DNA of 32,000 nt from Nitrosospira multiformis ATCC 25196 (GCF_000196355.1 NC_007614.1:2640001-2672000); one strand, 5' to 3'; shown: positions 20,638-30,998, counted from the stretch's first letter. The notes: generated by a model not told the origin, from the sequence alone. Made by a program: numbers and translations.

Positions 20638-22518
20638 CTATTTCTCGAGGCTTTCACTCCTGACCGATACATCATACCTTTTCTTGATTCCATCCAGATA
20701 GGATGAAAACTCTTCCTGGGCGAACAACTGGCTCAGTTGACCTGCAAAAGTTTTTCGCTCCTCTGCGCTGGGCGGCCGTGACTCGATGACCCGGTCAACG
20801 CGAATCAGGGTAAAACCACCTTGGGCATTCGGCAGGCCTGAATAGGCCGGGAGATGATTTGTTTCAGCCCTGAAAATCGCCTGCACCGTCTCATTGTCAA
20901 AACCCTGGCGCTCCCTTCTGGAAACCTGCTGGCCGGGAGTCCATTTGATTGGGGCAGTCTTTCCCTGCTGCAGTTGCGCAAGCTGCTCCTTCCCTTCATT
21001 TATCGCCGCTCTGGAAGCCTCCTCCCGGGCGACCAACGCCGCGATTTTATCCCTCAATTCATCCACAGAAGGAGTAGCGGCCGGTTTGTAGTCCACCACT
21101 CTGGCCGAAACAAGCGTGTTGGAAGAAACTTCGATCGCCTCCGTGTTGCGTTTATCCTTGATCGCGTCTTCCGAAAATATTGCCTGAAGCAACCGTGCAT
21201 TGTTGAGATAAGGTGGCTCATCCGAGTTCATCCGAATCCAGCCGCTCTCCTGTATGGTCAAGCCAAGACTTTCCGCGACCGGTTTCAGGCTATCGCTCTG
21301 CTCATACACCATGTTACTGAAGCTGTCCGCCATTTCACCAAACGTCTTTGCAGCTTTCTGTTTCCTGACTTCCTGTTCAACCTGCTTCTTCACTTCCTCG
21401 AGACTCGCCTGCTTTCCGCCTCTTGCCTCCGCGAGCAGGATGATATGAAATCCATGCTCAGTCTCCACGATATCGCTGATTTCACCCGGCTTCATCCGGA
21501 AAACCGCGTCTTCAAATGACTTCGTCATCATGTTGCGCGCGAAGAAACCGAGATCTCCCCCGGTCGGCGCCGAGCCCGGATCCTGGGAATGCTGTTTCGC
21601 CAATTCCGTAAAACGCTGCGGGGATTTTCTGACTTCGGCCAGCAGTTCCTCAGCTTTGGCGCGCGCTGTCGCGCGATCGGAAGCGGAGGCAGGGGCGCTT
21701 ATGAGGATATGACTCGCGCGGCGTTCTTCGGGTTGTCCGAATTCGTGCTTGTGCTCCTCGTAATAGGCCAGCGCTTCATCCGCAGTTACCTGCGCCTTCT
21801 CGGCCAGCGCATCCATCGATAACACTACATACTCGACCCGCGCCTGCTCCGGCACCTGGAATTCAGCCTTATGCGCCTCATAGTAGGCTCTGATGGCGTC
21901 ATTACCCGGTTTGACATTCGCCAGAAACTGCTCCGGTTGGATTTGAACAACCCTCACTTCACGCTTTTCGTCACCCAGGCGCAGGATTCTTTCCGCCACT
22001 GAATGGGAAATAAACGCATTTTTGGAGAAAGGATCAACCAGTTGCTGTCGCATTAAATCCTGACGCAGGCGTGCTTCAAAAGCACGCGCGTTCATTCCCT
22101 GGTTCCGCAGCCATTCTTCATAGCGCTGCTTCGAAAAATTTCCGTCTTCCTGAAATAAATCGATGTTCTGGATCATCTCGATCAGCTGGGCGTCGGCTAC
22201 CCCTAGTCCAACGCGAGATGCCTCCTGCCGCAGCAAGCGCTGCTGGATCAGTCCTTCCAGGATGGCCGCTCTCACTTCGGGCTTTTCCAGCAGCGCCGGG
22301 CTGAAATTCTCTCCCAGGGTGGCGCGCATATTCTCCTGCTGGTTGCGCAGCGCCTGCTCAAATTCCTGGCGGGAAATTTTTTCTCCTGCGGCAAGCGCAA
22401 CATGGTCACCTGCATCCGCATTGCGATAGGATTCCACACCCCAGAAAACGAACGGTAACGTGGCAAGTCCCAGGATGATCTGAACGATGCGTCTTTTCTT
22501 GTTGACGAAATCAAACAT
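20638..22518 (-). CDS. ppiD: SurA N-terminal / PpiC-type peptidyl-prolyl cis-trans isomerase (PpiD)
   Basis: 626 aa; N-terminal TM (MFDFVNKKRRIVQIILGLATLPFVFWGV), rotamase domain RRASHILI...ELAKQHSQDPGSAPTGGDLGFFARNMMTKSFEDAVFRMKPGEISDIVETEHGFHIILL. Confidence 0.93.
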   Translation of the reverse strand: MFDFVNKKRRIVQIILGLATLPFVFWGVESYRNADAGDHVALAAGEKISRQEFEQALRNQQENMRATLGENFSPALLEKPEVRAAILEGLIQQRLLRQEASRVGLGVADAQLIEMIQNIDLFQEDGNFSKQRYEEWLRNQGMNARAFEARLRQDLMRQQLVDPFSKNAFISHSVAERILRLGDEKREVRVVQIQPEQFLANVKPGNDAIRAYYEAHKAEFQVPEQARVEYVVLSMDALAEKAQVTADEALAYYEEHKHEFGQPEERRASHILISAPASASDRATARAKAEELLAEVRKSPQRFTELAKQHSQDPGSAPTGGDLGFFARNMMTKSFEDAVFRMKPGEISDIVETEHGFHIILLAEARGGKQASLEEVKKQVEQEVRKQKAAKTFGEMADSFSNMVYEQSDSLKPVAESLGLTIQESGWIRMNSDEPPYLNNARLLQAIFSEDAIKDKRNTEAIEVSSNTLVSARVVDYKPAATPSVDELRDKIAALVAREEASRAAINEGKEQLAQLQQGKTAPIKWTPGQQVSRRERQGFDNETVQAIFRAETNHLPAYSGLPNAQGGFTLIRVDRVIESRPPSAEERKTFAGQLSQLFAQEEFSSYLDGIKKRYDVSVRSESLEK

Positions 22519-22537
22519 GGAATGACGGAAAACGAAT

Positions 22538-22561
22538 AAAAAAGGCGAACTCGCGTTCGCC
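22538..22561 (-). terminator. Intrinsic terminator downstream of the tRNA-Val/tRNA-Asp pair
   Basis: Minus strand GGCGAAC GCGA GTTCGCC TTTTTT: perfect 7-bp stem, 4-nt loop, 6-T run. Confidence 0.85.
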
Positions 22562-22577
22562 CTGATGGAAACAGATA

Positions 22578-22654
22578 TGGCGGAGTGGACGGGACTCGAA
22601 CCCGCGACCCCCGGCGTGACAGGCCGGTATTCTAACCAACTGAACTACCACTCC
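22578..22654 (-). tRNA. tRNA-Asp (anticodon GTC)
   Basis: GGAGTGGTAGTTCAGTTGGTTAGAATACCGGCCTGTCACGCCGGGGGTCGCGGGTTCGAGTCCCGTCCACTCCGCCA; acceptor GGAGTGG/CCACTCC, encoded CCA. Confidence 0.97.
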
Positions 22655-22666
22655 AATAAATCTAAC

Positions 22667-22742
22667 TGGTGGGTGCTGACGGGGTCGAACCGCCGACATT
22701 CGCCTTGTAAGGGCGACGCTCTACCAACTGAGCTAAGCACCC
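22667..22742 (-). tRNA. tRNA-Val (anticodon TAC)
   Basis: GGGTGCTTAGCTCAGTTGGTAGAGCGTCGCCCTTACAAGGCGAATGTCGGCGGTTCGACCCCGTCAGCACCCACCA; loop CTTACAA. Confidence 0.97.
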
Positions 22743-22756
22743 CCGCCGATAAGCCG

Positions 22757-23029
22757 CTAGTTTACTGCATCCTTGAGCGCCTTGCCAGCAATGAATTTAG
22801 GAACCTTGGTAGATTCGATGGTGATAGCAGCGCCTGTACGGGGGTTGCGGCCGGTGCGGGCGGCACGTGTGCCTACCTTGAACGTTCCAAATCCCACCAG
22901 TGTTACACTTTGCCCTTTCTTGAGAGCGGCTTTGATCGCTTCCAGCGCACCGTCCAGCGCATTTCCCGCCGAAGCTTTGGAAATGTCCGATGATTTCGCG
23001 ATGGCATCGATGAGTTCAGCTTTATTCAC
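22757..23029 (-). CDS. hupB: DNA-binding protein HU
   Basis: 90 aa; [71 protein letters not shown]. Confidence 0.95.
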   Translation of the reverse strand: MNKAELIDAIAKSSDISKASAGNALDGALEAIKAALKKGQSVTLVGFGTFKVGTRAARTGRNPRTGAAITIESTKVPKFIAGKALKDAVN

Positions 23030-23192
23030 GTGATTCCCCTTTCATTATTGTTAAGAGAGTAAAAACCCTGCAAACGTTTTATATCAAGCGGCTTGTGCCT
23101 GGTCAAGCCATTGTCAAAATATTTCCACTTCGCTTTATAAGACCCTTGCAAGCCATTACTCCCCATCACTCTGTACGGAGTCTTTGACGAAC

Positions 23193-25604
23193 CTAGTGCT
23201 TGATGACCGCCGGCGTCACATCGCCTTCCACCGCAACAGGAGAGGGAACGGATGAAGGAGCGGCCGGAAGCGGTTCCGGTTTGGATTCCAGGGCCAGATC
23301 CAGCACCTGATCTATCCATTTGACCGGATGAATATCCAGCTTGTTTTTGATATTCTCCGGGATTTCGTTCAGATCCTTAACGTTATCCTCGGGAATCAGC
23401 ACAGTCTTTATGCCGCCGCGATGCGCGGCGAGCAGTTTTTCCTTGAGTCCGCCAATCGCCAGCACCTCACCGCGAAGTGTGATCTCACCGGTCATCGCGA
23501 CAGTTGCGCGGGCCGGAATGTTGGTCAACGCCGACACCATCGCCACGCAGATACCTATACCGGCACTGGGACCGTCTTTCGGGGTCGCACCCTCCGGCAG
23601 ATGGATATGGATGTCGTTCTTCTGGTAAAAATCATCCGCGATACCCAGAGCCCTTGAGCGGCTGCGAACCACCGACAGGGCAGCCTGGACAGATTCCTGC
23701 ATGACCTCGCCCAGTTTGCCGGTCGTGATGGATTTACCCTTACCCGGCAATACGACGGCCTCGATCGTCAGCAATTCCCCCCCGACCTCGGTCCAGGCGA
23801 GGCCCGTCACTTGGCCGATCTGGTTCTTTTCCTCCGCGACACCGTAGGTATAGCGCCTTACACCGAGATATTTGTCCAGGTTCCTCCCGGTGACGGTAAT
23901 CCGTTTCTGCCCGCCTTTCAGCAGCAACGCCTTGACCACTTTACGGCATATTTTGGAAATTTCCCGCTCCATCGCCCGCACGCCCGCTTCACGGGTGTAA
24001 TAGCGCGTGATATCCCGCAGGGCTGACTCCGAGACGGTCAGTTCATTTTCCTTCAAACCGTGATTTTTCATCTGTTTCGGCAACAGATAGCGTGTCGCGA
24101 TGTTGAGTTTTTCATCCTCGGTATAGCCGGACAGCCGGATCACTTCCATGCGATCCAGCAGCGGCGCAGGGATGTTCAACGTATTCGCAGTCGCGACGAA
24201 CATGACGTCCGACAGATCGTACTCAACCTCGACATAGTGATCGACGAACGAATTATTCTGCTCGGGATCCAGCACTTCCAGGAGCGCAGAGGACGGATCA
24301 CCCCGAAAATCCATGCCCATCTTGTCCACCTCGTCCAGCAGGAACAAGGGGTTCTTCACACCCACTTTCGCCATGTTCTGCAGAATCTTGCCAGGCATGG
24401 AACCGATATAGGTGCGGCGATGACCACGTACCTCTGCTTCATCCCTGACGCCGCCGAGCGACATGCGGACGAACTTCCGGTTGGTAGCCCGGGCGATCGA
24501 TTGCCCCAATGAAGTCTTCCCTACCCCGGGCGGCCCCACCAGGCAGAGGATGGGCGCTTTCAACTTATCCACGCGCTGCTGTACCGCCAGATACTCGACA
24601 ATCCGTTCCTTGACTTTTTCCAGGCCGTAGTGATCCTGCTCGAGCACGGCTTCCGCAACGCTGAGGTCTTTGCTTATCTTGCTTTTCTTCTTCCATGGCA
24701 GGGCCACCAGCGCATCAATATAATTACGCACGACAGTGGCTTCTGCCGACATGGGCGACATCAACCGCAGTTTTTTCAACTCCGATTCCGCCTTGGCACG
24801 CGCCTCCTTGGACATCTGGGCGTTTTTGATCTTCTTGTCCATCTCTTCCAGATCAGCGCCTTCCTCGCCTTCACCCAATTCCTTCTGGATGGCCTTCACC
24901 TGCTCATTGAGATAGTAATCCCGCTGGCTTTTTTCCATCTGCCGCTTTACACGACCACGAATACGCTTTTCCACCTGAAGTATGTCAAGCTCGGTTTCCA
25001 GCAGACCAAGCAGGTGTTCCAGGCGCTTCGGCACGTCGAAAATTTCCAGCACTTCCTGCTTCTGCTCAAGCTTCAAGGGCAGGTGTGCGGCGATGGTATC
25101 AGCCAGACGACCTGCTTCGTCTATGCCGCTGAGCGAAGTCAGGATCTCCGGGGGAATCTTCTTGTTCAGCTTCACGTACTGGTCGAACTGGGCCAGCATG
25201 GCGCGGCGCATCGCCTCCACCTCATGGTTGTCCACGGCATCGGGCGGCAGCAATGCTGCGTCGCCGGCGAAGTACGTACCGTCGTCAACCACTTTCACGA
25301 TGCGAGCGCGGCGACCGCCTTCCACCAATACTTTCACGGTACCGTCTGGCAGCTTGAGCATTTGCAGCAGGTTTGCAACGCTGCATACCCCGTACAAATC
25401 TTCGGGAGCCGGCTCGTCCTTGGCAGCAAATTTCTGCGCCACAAGCAAAATGCTCTTGCCGGACTCCATCGCTATTTCCAGTGCCTTGATGGACTTGGGC
25501 CGGCCGACAAACAGGGGAATCACCATGTGCGGAAAAACCACCACATCGCGCAATGGCAACAAAGGTAATGAAATCTGATTTTGATCGTTCATGGGAGAGG
25601 ACAT
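23193..25604 (-). CDS. lon: ATP-dependent protease La (Lon)
   Basis: 803 aa; LPLLPLRDVVVFPHMVIPLFVGRPKSIKALE, CLVGPPGVGKTSLGQSIARATNRKFVRMSLGGVRDEAEVRGHRRTYIGSMPG, catalytic PEGATPKDGPSAGIGI. Confidence 0.98.
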   Translation of the reverse strand: MSSPMNDQNQISLPLLPLRDVVVFPHMVIPLFVGRPKSIKALEIAMESGKSILLVAQKFAAKDEPAPEDLYGVCSVANLLQMLKLPDGTVKVLVEGGRRARIVKVVDDGTYFAGDAALLPPDAVDNHEVEAMRRAMLAQFDQYVKLNKKIPPEILTSLSGIDEAGRLADTIAAHLPLKLEQKQEVLEIFDVPKRLEHLLGLLETELDILQVEKRIRGRVKRQMEKSQRDYYLNEQVKAIQKELGEGEEGADLEEMDKKIKNAQMSKEARAKAESELKKLRLMSPMSAEATVVRNYIDALVALPWKKKSKISKDLSVAEAVLEQDHYGLEKVKERIVEYLAVQQRVDKLKAPILCLVGPPGVGKTSLGQSIARATNRKFVRMSLGGVRDEAEVRGHRRTYIGSMPGKILQNMAKVGVKNPLFLLDEVDKMGMDFRGDPSSALLEVLDPEQNNSFVDHYVEVEYDLSDVMFVATANTLNIPAPLLDRMEVIRLSGYTEDEKLNIATRYLLPKQMKNHGLKENELTVSESALRDITRYYTREAGVRAMEREISKICRKVVKALLLKGGQKRITVTGRNLDKYLGVRRYTYGVAEEKNQIGQVTGLAWTEVGGELLTIEAVVLPGKGKSITTGKLGEVMQESVQAALSVVRSRSRALGIADDFYQKNDIHIHLPEGATPKDGPSAGIGICVAMVSALTNIPARATVAMTGEITLRGEVLAIGGLKEKLLAAHRGGIKTVLIPEDNVKDLNEIPENIKNKLDIHPVKWIDQVLDLALESKPEPLPAAPSSVPSPVAVEGDVTPAVIKH

Positions 25605-25637
25605 ATCGGCTCACCTATAAAGAAACAAACAATAGTT

Positions 25638-25663
25638 ATGGGGGCGCCGTAAAGAAATTCAAG
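25638..25663 (-). promoter_or_regulatory. Candidate sigma-32 (RpoH) heat-shock promoter for lon
   Basis: Minus strand CTTGAA (25663-25658), 14-nt spacer, CCCCAT (25643-25638), 34 nt upstream of the lon start; both hexamers match the enterobacterial sigma-32 consensus cores. Confidence 0.7.
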
Positions 25664-25697
25664 GCAACGACGGCAATGTCGAAACATGAAACCCGGA

Positions 25698-26975
25698 CTA
25701 GCAGCTCTTCGCCACTTTCGGTTTGTCCGAATAGATCAGAATGGGTTTGATATCCCCATTGACAGAAGTGTGGTCAATTACCACTTTGGCAACATTCTCC
25801 AGTGATGGCAGATCAAACATCGTATCGAGCAGCGCAGCTTCAAGAATGGAACGTAAACCTCGCGCACCGGTCTTTCGCACCAGCGCCTTGCGGGCAATCG
25901 CTTTAAGCGCCTGCTCCCGGAATTCGAGATCGATGCCCCCTTCCATGTGAAACATTTTCTGATACTGCTTGATGAGCGCATTCCTGGGTTCGGTCAGGAT
26001 TTGAATCAACGCGGCCTCGTCAAGTTCCTCAAGGGTTGCAACAACAGGTAATCGGCCGACGAATTCCGGAATCAGGCCATACTTCACCAGATCCTCGGGC
26101 TCGACCCCGCGCAGTACAGCGCCAAAATCCTTGCGGTTATCCTGGCTTCTTACACTGGCGCTGAAGCCTATCCCGCCCTTCTCAGAGCGGGCGCGTATGA
26201 TTTTCTCCAGGCCATCAAAAGCGCCCCCGCAAATGAAAAGAATATTGGTGGTATCGACTTGCACGAACTCCTGGTTGGGATGCTTTCTCCCCCCCTGCGG
26301 CGGCACGGACGCAACCGTGCCCTCGATCAGCTTGAGCAGTGCCTGCTGTACGCCCTCACCCGAGACATCGCGCGTGATGGATGGATTATCTGACTTGCGC
26401 GAAATCTTGTCGATTTCGTCTATGTAGACAATGCCTTGCTGCGCCTTTTCCGCGTCGTAGTTACATTTCTGCAGCAATTTCTGGATGATGTTTTCAACAT
26501 CCTCGCCGACATAACCCGCCTCGGTCAGGGTGGTCGCATCCGCCATGACAAAAGGCACATCCAGCAAACGTGCCAGCGTCTGGGCAAGCAGCGTCTTGCC
26601 TGAACCCGTGGGGCCAATCAGCAGGATGTTGCTCTTCGCCAGCTCGATCTCATCCGGATCAGCGGATTTTGCAAGCGTTCTCAGACGCTTGTAGTGATTA
26701 TAGACCGCTACCGACAGAATTTTCTTCGCCTGCTCCTGGCCGATCACGTATTGATCCAGGATCTGTCGAATTTCATGGGGGACAGGCAGGTCCGACTTTG
26801 CGAGCTTGGCCGCCTCCACACCCTGTATTTCCTCACGAATGATATCGTTGCACAACTCGATACATTCGTCGCATATGAATACCGAAGGACCGGCGATCAG
26901 CTTCTTTACCTCATGCTGGCTCTTACCACAAAAGGAACAATAAAGCAGTTTTTCTCCGCCAGTTTTCTCTGACAT
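25698..26975 (-). CDS. clpX: ATP-dependent Clp protease ATP-binding subunit ClpX
   Basis: 425 aa from MSEKTGG; zinc-binding [62 protein letters not shown]-type Walker B. Confidence 0.97.
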   Translation of the reverse strand: MSEKTGGEKLLYCSFCGKSQHEVKKLIAGPSVFICDECIELCNDIIREEIQGVEAAKLAKSDLPVPHEIRQILDQYVIGQEQAKKILSVAVYNHYKRLRTLAKSADPDEIELAKSNILLIGPTGSGKTLLAQTLARLLDVPFVMADATTLTEAGYVGEDVENIIQKLLQKCNYDAEKAQQGIVYIDEIDKISRKSDNPSITRDVSGEGVQQALLKLIEGTVASVPPQGGRKHPNQEFVQVDTTNILFICGGAFDGLEKIIRARSEKGGIGFSASVRSQDNRKDFGAVLRGVEPEDLVKYGLIPEFVGRLPVVATLEELDEAALIQILTEPRNALIKQYQKMFHMEGGIDLEFREQALKAIARKALVRKTGARGLRSILEAALLDTMFDLPSLENVAKVVIDHTSVNGDIKPILIYSDKPKVAKSC

Positions 26976-27042
26976 AGTTTTATCCCGCATTATCCGAGCT
27001 GAATGGCTCGTGACTGATTACAAGCTCTCCCGAAGTCAAACT

Positions 27043-27684
27043 TCAACCGGCGCCCTCTCCCCTCGAGGTCAGTACAGCGTCCACCAGGCCGTATTTCACC
27101 GAGTCCTCCGCCCCCAGAAAGTTATCCCGGTCGGTATCTCTTTCAATGGTTTCCATACTCTGACCGGTGTGTTTTGACAGTAGCTCATTCAATCGGTTCT
27201 TCAGATACAGGATTTCCCGGGCGTGAATCTCGATATCGGATGCCTGCCCCTGGAATCCTCCCAGCGGCTGGTGAATCATCACACGGGAGTTGGGCAGGCA
27301 AAACCGCTTCCCTTTCGCTCCGGCTGCCAGAAGCAGCGATCCCATGCTGGCCGCCTGCCCTATGCAAAGCGTGCTGACGTCGGGCTTGATGAATTGCATG
27401 GTATCGTAGACCGCCATTCCCGCGGAAACCAGGCCCCCGGGCGAATTTATGTAAAAATGAATATCCTTGTCCGCATTTTCCGATTCGAGAAACAGGAGTT
27501 GCGCGACAATCAGGTTGGCAGACGCTTCGGTAACAGGTCCCACAAGAAATATGACCCGCTCCCGCAGCAACCGCGAATAAATATCGTATGCGCGCTCGCC
27601 CCGCCCGCTGGTTTCAATCACCATCGGGATCAAACCCAAATCCTGCGGTTCGTGATTACGCTGCTTCCACTCGAATCGTTGCAT
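27043..27684 (-). CDS. clpP: ATP-dependent Clp protease proteolytic subunit
   Basis: 213 aa; [59 protein letters not shown]. Confidence 0.97.
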
Positions 27685-27686
27685 GT

Positions 27687-28994
27687 TTATGATCTTCCCA
27701 TCAATTCATCCAGCGGCATCGGCTTGCCAGTAACGACAGCCTTCTCCAGCACCCATGTCACCACGTTATCCTCCAGCGCTGCCGACTCAGCCTCCCTCAG
27801 CCGCTCAGGCGCCGCATAGTGCCAACTGACTACTTCGGCCGGATTCTCGTAGGCTTGCGCGAGATCTTCCACCACTGCACGCACCTGCTCCGGTTTGGGG
27901 TGCAAGTTGTGCATTTTTACCAGTTCCCCCAGAATCAGGCCCAGCTTCACCCGATGTTGCGCCCGCTCCTGGAGCATATCGTGCGGCAGGGAGAAATTCT
28001 TTGTATCCAGGCCGCGTGAAGCAAAATCATTGCGCGCATCCTCCATCAGGCGGTCCAGTTCCATTTCCACCAGCGCTTTGGGAGGATCAATGTTACTGGT
28101 CGTATCGATAAGGACTTGCATTACCTGCTCCTTGAGCCTCGCGTTTACGCGTTTGGCCGCCTCGCGTTCAAGATTCGCCCGGATTTCGCTGCGCATCTTT
28201 TCAACATCGCCCTCGGCAATCCCGAGGGAAGTGGCAAAATCAGCATTCACTTCCGGCAGTTTCGAAGATTCCACGCCGCTGAGCTTCACTTCAAATACGG
28301 CCGTTTTCCCTGCGACCTCCTTTCCATGATAGTCTGATGGAAAGGCAACTTCAAATGTTTTGCTCTGACCCGGACTCATGCCGAGCAGCGGTTCTTCGAA
28401 ATCCTTGAGAAGCCTTCCTTCGCCCAGCACCAGACTGAAATTTTCAGCTTTGCCACCCGCAAACTCGGCACCGTCAATCAAGCCACGATAGTCGATATTG
28501 ATTCGGTCGCCCGCCTGTGCCGGACGGTCCACAGGTTCAAACTCAACCCGCTGCTTGCGCAACACCTCGAGGGTTTTATCCACATCGGCAGGAGTAACCT
28601 CGACTACCGGACGTTCAATATGCGCGCCGCCAAGATCCCCAAGCGTGATATCCGGATAGACTTCGAAGGTCGCACTGAATTCAACCTGAGCAGTATCGCT
28701 TTCTGCCAGCTTGGGTTCGAAGCGCGGATAGCCCGCTACCCGCAGGTTATTCTCGCGCACGGCCTCGCTGAAATTCTTTTTCAGCACGTCTTCCATGACT
28801 TCCTGGCGAACCTGCGGACCATATTGCTGTGCGACAATTTTCAAGGGTACCTTGCCCGGCCGAAATCCGTGAAATTTTGCTGTTCGCGCCAGTCGCTTCA
28901 AGCGGCTCTCGACTTCCGTTTCGATTTTCTCCTGGGGAACTGAAACGTTAAGGCGGCGCTCGAGCGCACCAAGGTTTTCAACATTTGTCTGCAT
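27687..28994 (-). CDS. tig: Trigger factor (peptidyl-prolyl isomerase chaperone)
   Basis: 435 aa; N-terminal ribosome-binding [23 protein letters not shown]-like domain, immediately upstream of clpP. Confidence 0.96.
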
Positions 28995-29089
28995 TAAATT
29001 TCCTGAGGATTGACAATATTATTTATCATGAAGGGGCCAGGGAAACCCGCTAGCGTTCATCACGCATTGCTCAGACCTGTTCACATCCC

Positions 29090-29174
<85 letters not shown>

Positions 29175-29289
29175 AGGCTTTTCATTCCGAACTGGACACA
29201 ATTATACCCGTTTCTCCCTCCGACAGCAGCCATGCGCCTCGGGCAAGTTTGGCGGCATGGAGGACAGCGTCGCGACGGGCAGTAACACC

Positions 29290-30036
29290 CTAGCAGAATA
29301 TCGTTTGGCCACTGACCGCTTTGCTGTCAGGACCCATGAGATACAAATAGCAGGACATCAGCTCCTGCGGCTGGCTCAAACTCTGCTTGACTTCACCCGG
29401 GTGCGTTCTGGTTCGCTGGGGCGTATGCACAGGCCCTGGAATCAAGGTATTGATACGCAGAGTGGGAAGGATTTCCCACTCCTGCGCCTGGATCTTGACC
29501 AGCGCCTCCACTCCTGCCTTGGCTACCGCGAAACCACCCCAGTAGGCGGCGGGAACATGTCCGTGCGCATCGGATGTCATAATGACGCTTGCATCGGGGG
29601 AAGCTTTCAGCAGCGGAAGGCAGGCGCGGGTCAAGGCAAACGGCGCAATGAGGTTGACGCGCAGCAAGGCGAGCCATTCTTCCAGCGTCTGCGTCTCCAG
29701 CGGTGTCAGGTTGAATAATAACGCCGCATTATGCAGAATGCCATCCAGCCTGCCTAACTGCAATTTAATGGCATGGGCAATAGCGGCAAAATCCTTGTCC
29801 CCCGCTTTTTCCAGATCCAGCGGAAAAATTGACGGCTGAGCCCCGCCTCCTGCCTCGATTTCGTCATAGACGCTTTCCAGTTTCTTCACGTTCCGACCGT
29901 GCAAGATAACCGTGGCGCCATGGGCAGCATATGTCAACGCGGCCGTTCGACCGATACCCTGACCCGCGCCGGTAACCAGGATCACACGATCCTTGAGCAG
30001 GTCGTTCGGTGCAATGTAGTTTTTCAAATCGTTCAT
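29290..30036 (-). CDS. YciK-like short-chain dehydrogenase/reductase family protein with altered catalytic residues
   Basis: 248 aa; ILVTGAGQGIGRTAALTYAAHGATVILHGRN, LDGILHNAALL, MTSDAHGHVPAAYWGGFAVAKAG. Confidence 0.85.
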   Translation of the reverse strand: MNDLKNYIAPNDLLKDRVILVTGAGQGIGRTAALTYAAHGATVILHGRNVKKLESVYDEIEAGGGAQPSIFPLDLEKAGDKDFAAIAHAIKLQLGRLDGILHNAALLFNLTPLETQTLEEWLALLRVNLIAPFALTRACLPLLKASPDASVIMTSDAHGHVPAAYWGGFAVAKAGVEALVKIQAQEWEILPTLRINTLIPGPVHTPQRTRTHPGEVKQSLSQPQELMSCYLYLMGPDSKAVSGQTIFC

Positions 30037-30039
30037 AGA

Positions 30040-30067
30040 AGATACTTACGGCTAGATACTTACGGCT
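30040..30067. repeat. Perfect 14-bp tandem duplication (AGATACTTACGGCT x2)
   Basis: Direct reading: agatacttacggct|agatacttacggct at 30040-30053 and 30054-30067. Confidence 0.9.
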
Positions 30068-30155
30068 GGAAACAAATTCCGTTAAGAGGTTGCTCCCGGT
30101 TTACAGCGATGAAGGCTCCATGGAAAGTGCCTTTGGGTAGCGCGGGAATAACGCT

Positions 30156-30998
30156 TCATCCTTTCATCCAGGTTTTCCATGCTATCCAGAGCTTACGCAG
30201 CGGCGTGAGGCTTATACGCTGCCGCATCACATGACATCCATCAGCCTTGATCTCCTTCAGCAAGGCCTGATAGATCGCCGCCATGATGATCCCGGAACGC
30301 TGGCTTTTGCGATCCTCCTCCGGCAGCGCCGCAAAAGCGTTTGCATAATAACTTTCCGCCCGGTCGATCTGAAATTCGATTAAACGCCGGAAATTGTCTG
30401 TTTCACGCGACTGGAGTATATCTTCATTGCTCACCCCGAAGCGCGCGAGCTCGTCCTGAGGCAGATAAATACGGTCGCGCCGGGCATCCTCGCCGACGTC
30501 GCGTATGATATTGGTAAGCTGGAATGCCAGCCCGAGATCCTGGGCATATTCGAGCGTTTTCGGATTGCGGTAGCCGAATATCTCAGCGGAGCATAATCCC
30601 ACTACGCTTGCCACATGGTAACAGTAGTGCCGAAGGGTATCGAAATCTGCGTAGCGGTTATAATCGAGATCCATTTCCATACCGTCTATGATCTCGTTCA
30701 GACGGTCTGCGGTCAGATTGAACGTGCTTGCCACGCCTGCCAATGCCTGTGCCACGGGGTGGCTGGGCTTGTTTCCCCCTGCATCGAAGATCGCAGCAAC
30801 TTCCTGTCGCCACCATGCAAGCTTTACTCGCGCTACTGATGCTTCCGTACACTCGTCCACGACATCGTCCACCTCTCGACAAAAAGCGTAGAGTGCAGTA
30901 ATGGCACGACGCCTCTCAGGGGGCAGATAGAGAAAGCTGTAGTAGAAGCTCGAACCGCTTTGAACAGCTTTTTCCTGGCAATACTGGTCAGGTGTCAT
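30156..30998 (-). CDS. hpnD: Presqualene diphosphate synthase HpnD (squalene/phytoene synthase family)
   Basis: 280 aa; GSSFYYSFLYLPPERRRAITALYAFCREVDDVVDE, GLAFQLTNIIRDVGEDARRDRIYLPQDEL. Confidence 0.88.
   Translation of the reverse strand: MTPDQYCQEKAVQSGSSFYYSFLYLPPERRRAITALYAFCREVDDVVDECTEASVARVKLAWWRQEVAAIFDAGGNKPSHPVAQALAGVASTFNLTADRLNEIIDGMEMDLDYNRYADFDTLRHYCYHVASVVGLCSAEIFGYRNPKTLEYAQDLGLAFQLTNIIRDVGEDARRDRIYLPQDELARFGVSNEDILQSRETDNFRRLIEFQIDRAESYYANAFAALPEEDRKSQRSGIIMAAIYQALLKEIKADGCHVMRQRISLTPLRKLWIAWKTWMKG

Noticed and set aside
22071-22304. 77-aa plus-strand ORF inside ppiD and similar short ORFs throughout the operons
   Set aside because: All lie antisense or out of frame within confident genes, with no independent start signals or domains.
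24630-25568. 312-aa plus-strand ORF antisense to lon
   Set aside because: Fully overlaps a certain gene on the other strand; Leu/Phe/His-rich translation typical of an antisense frame.
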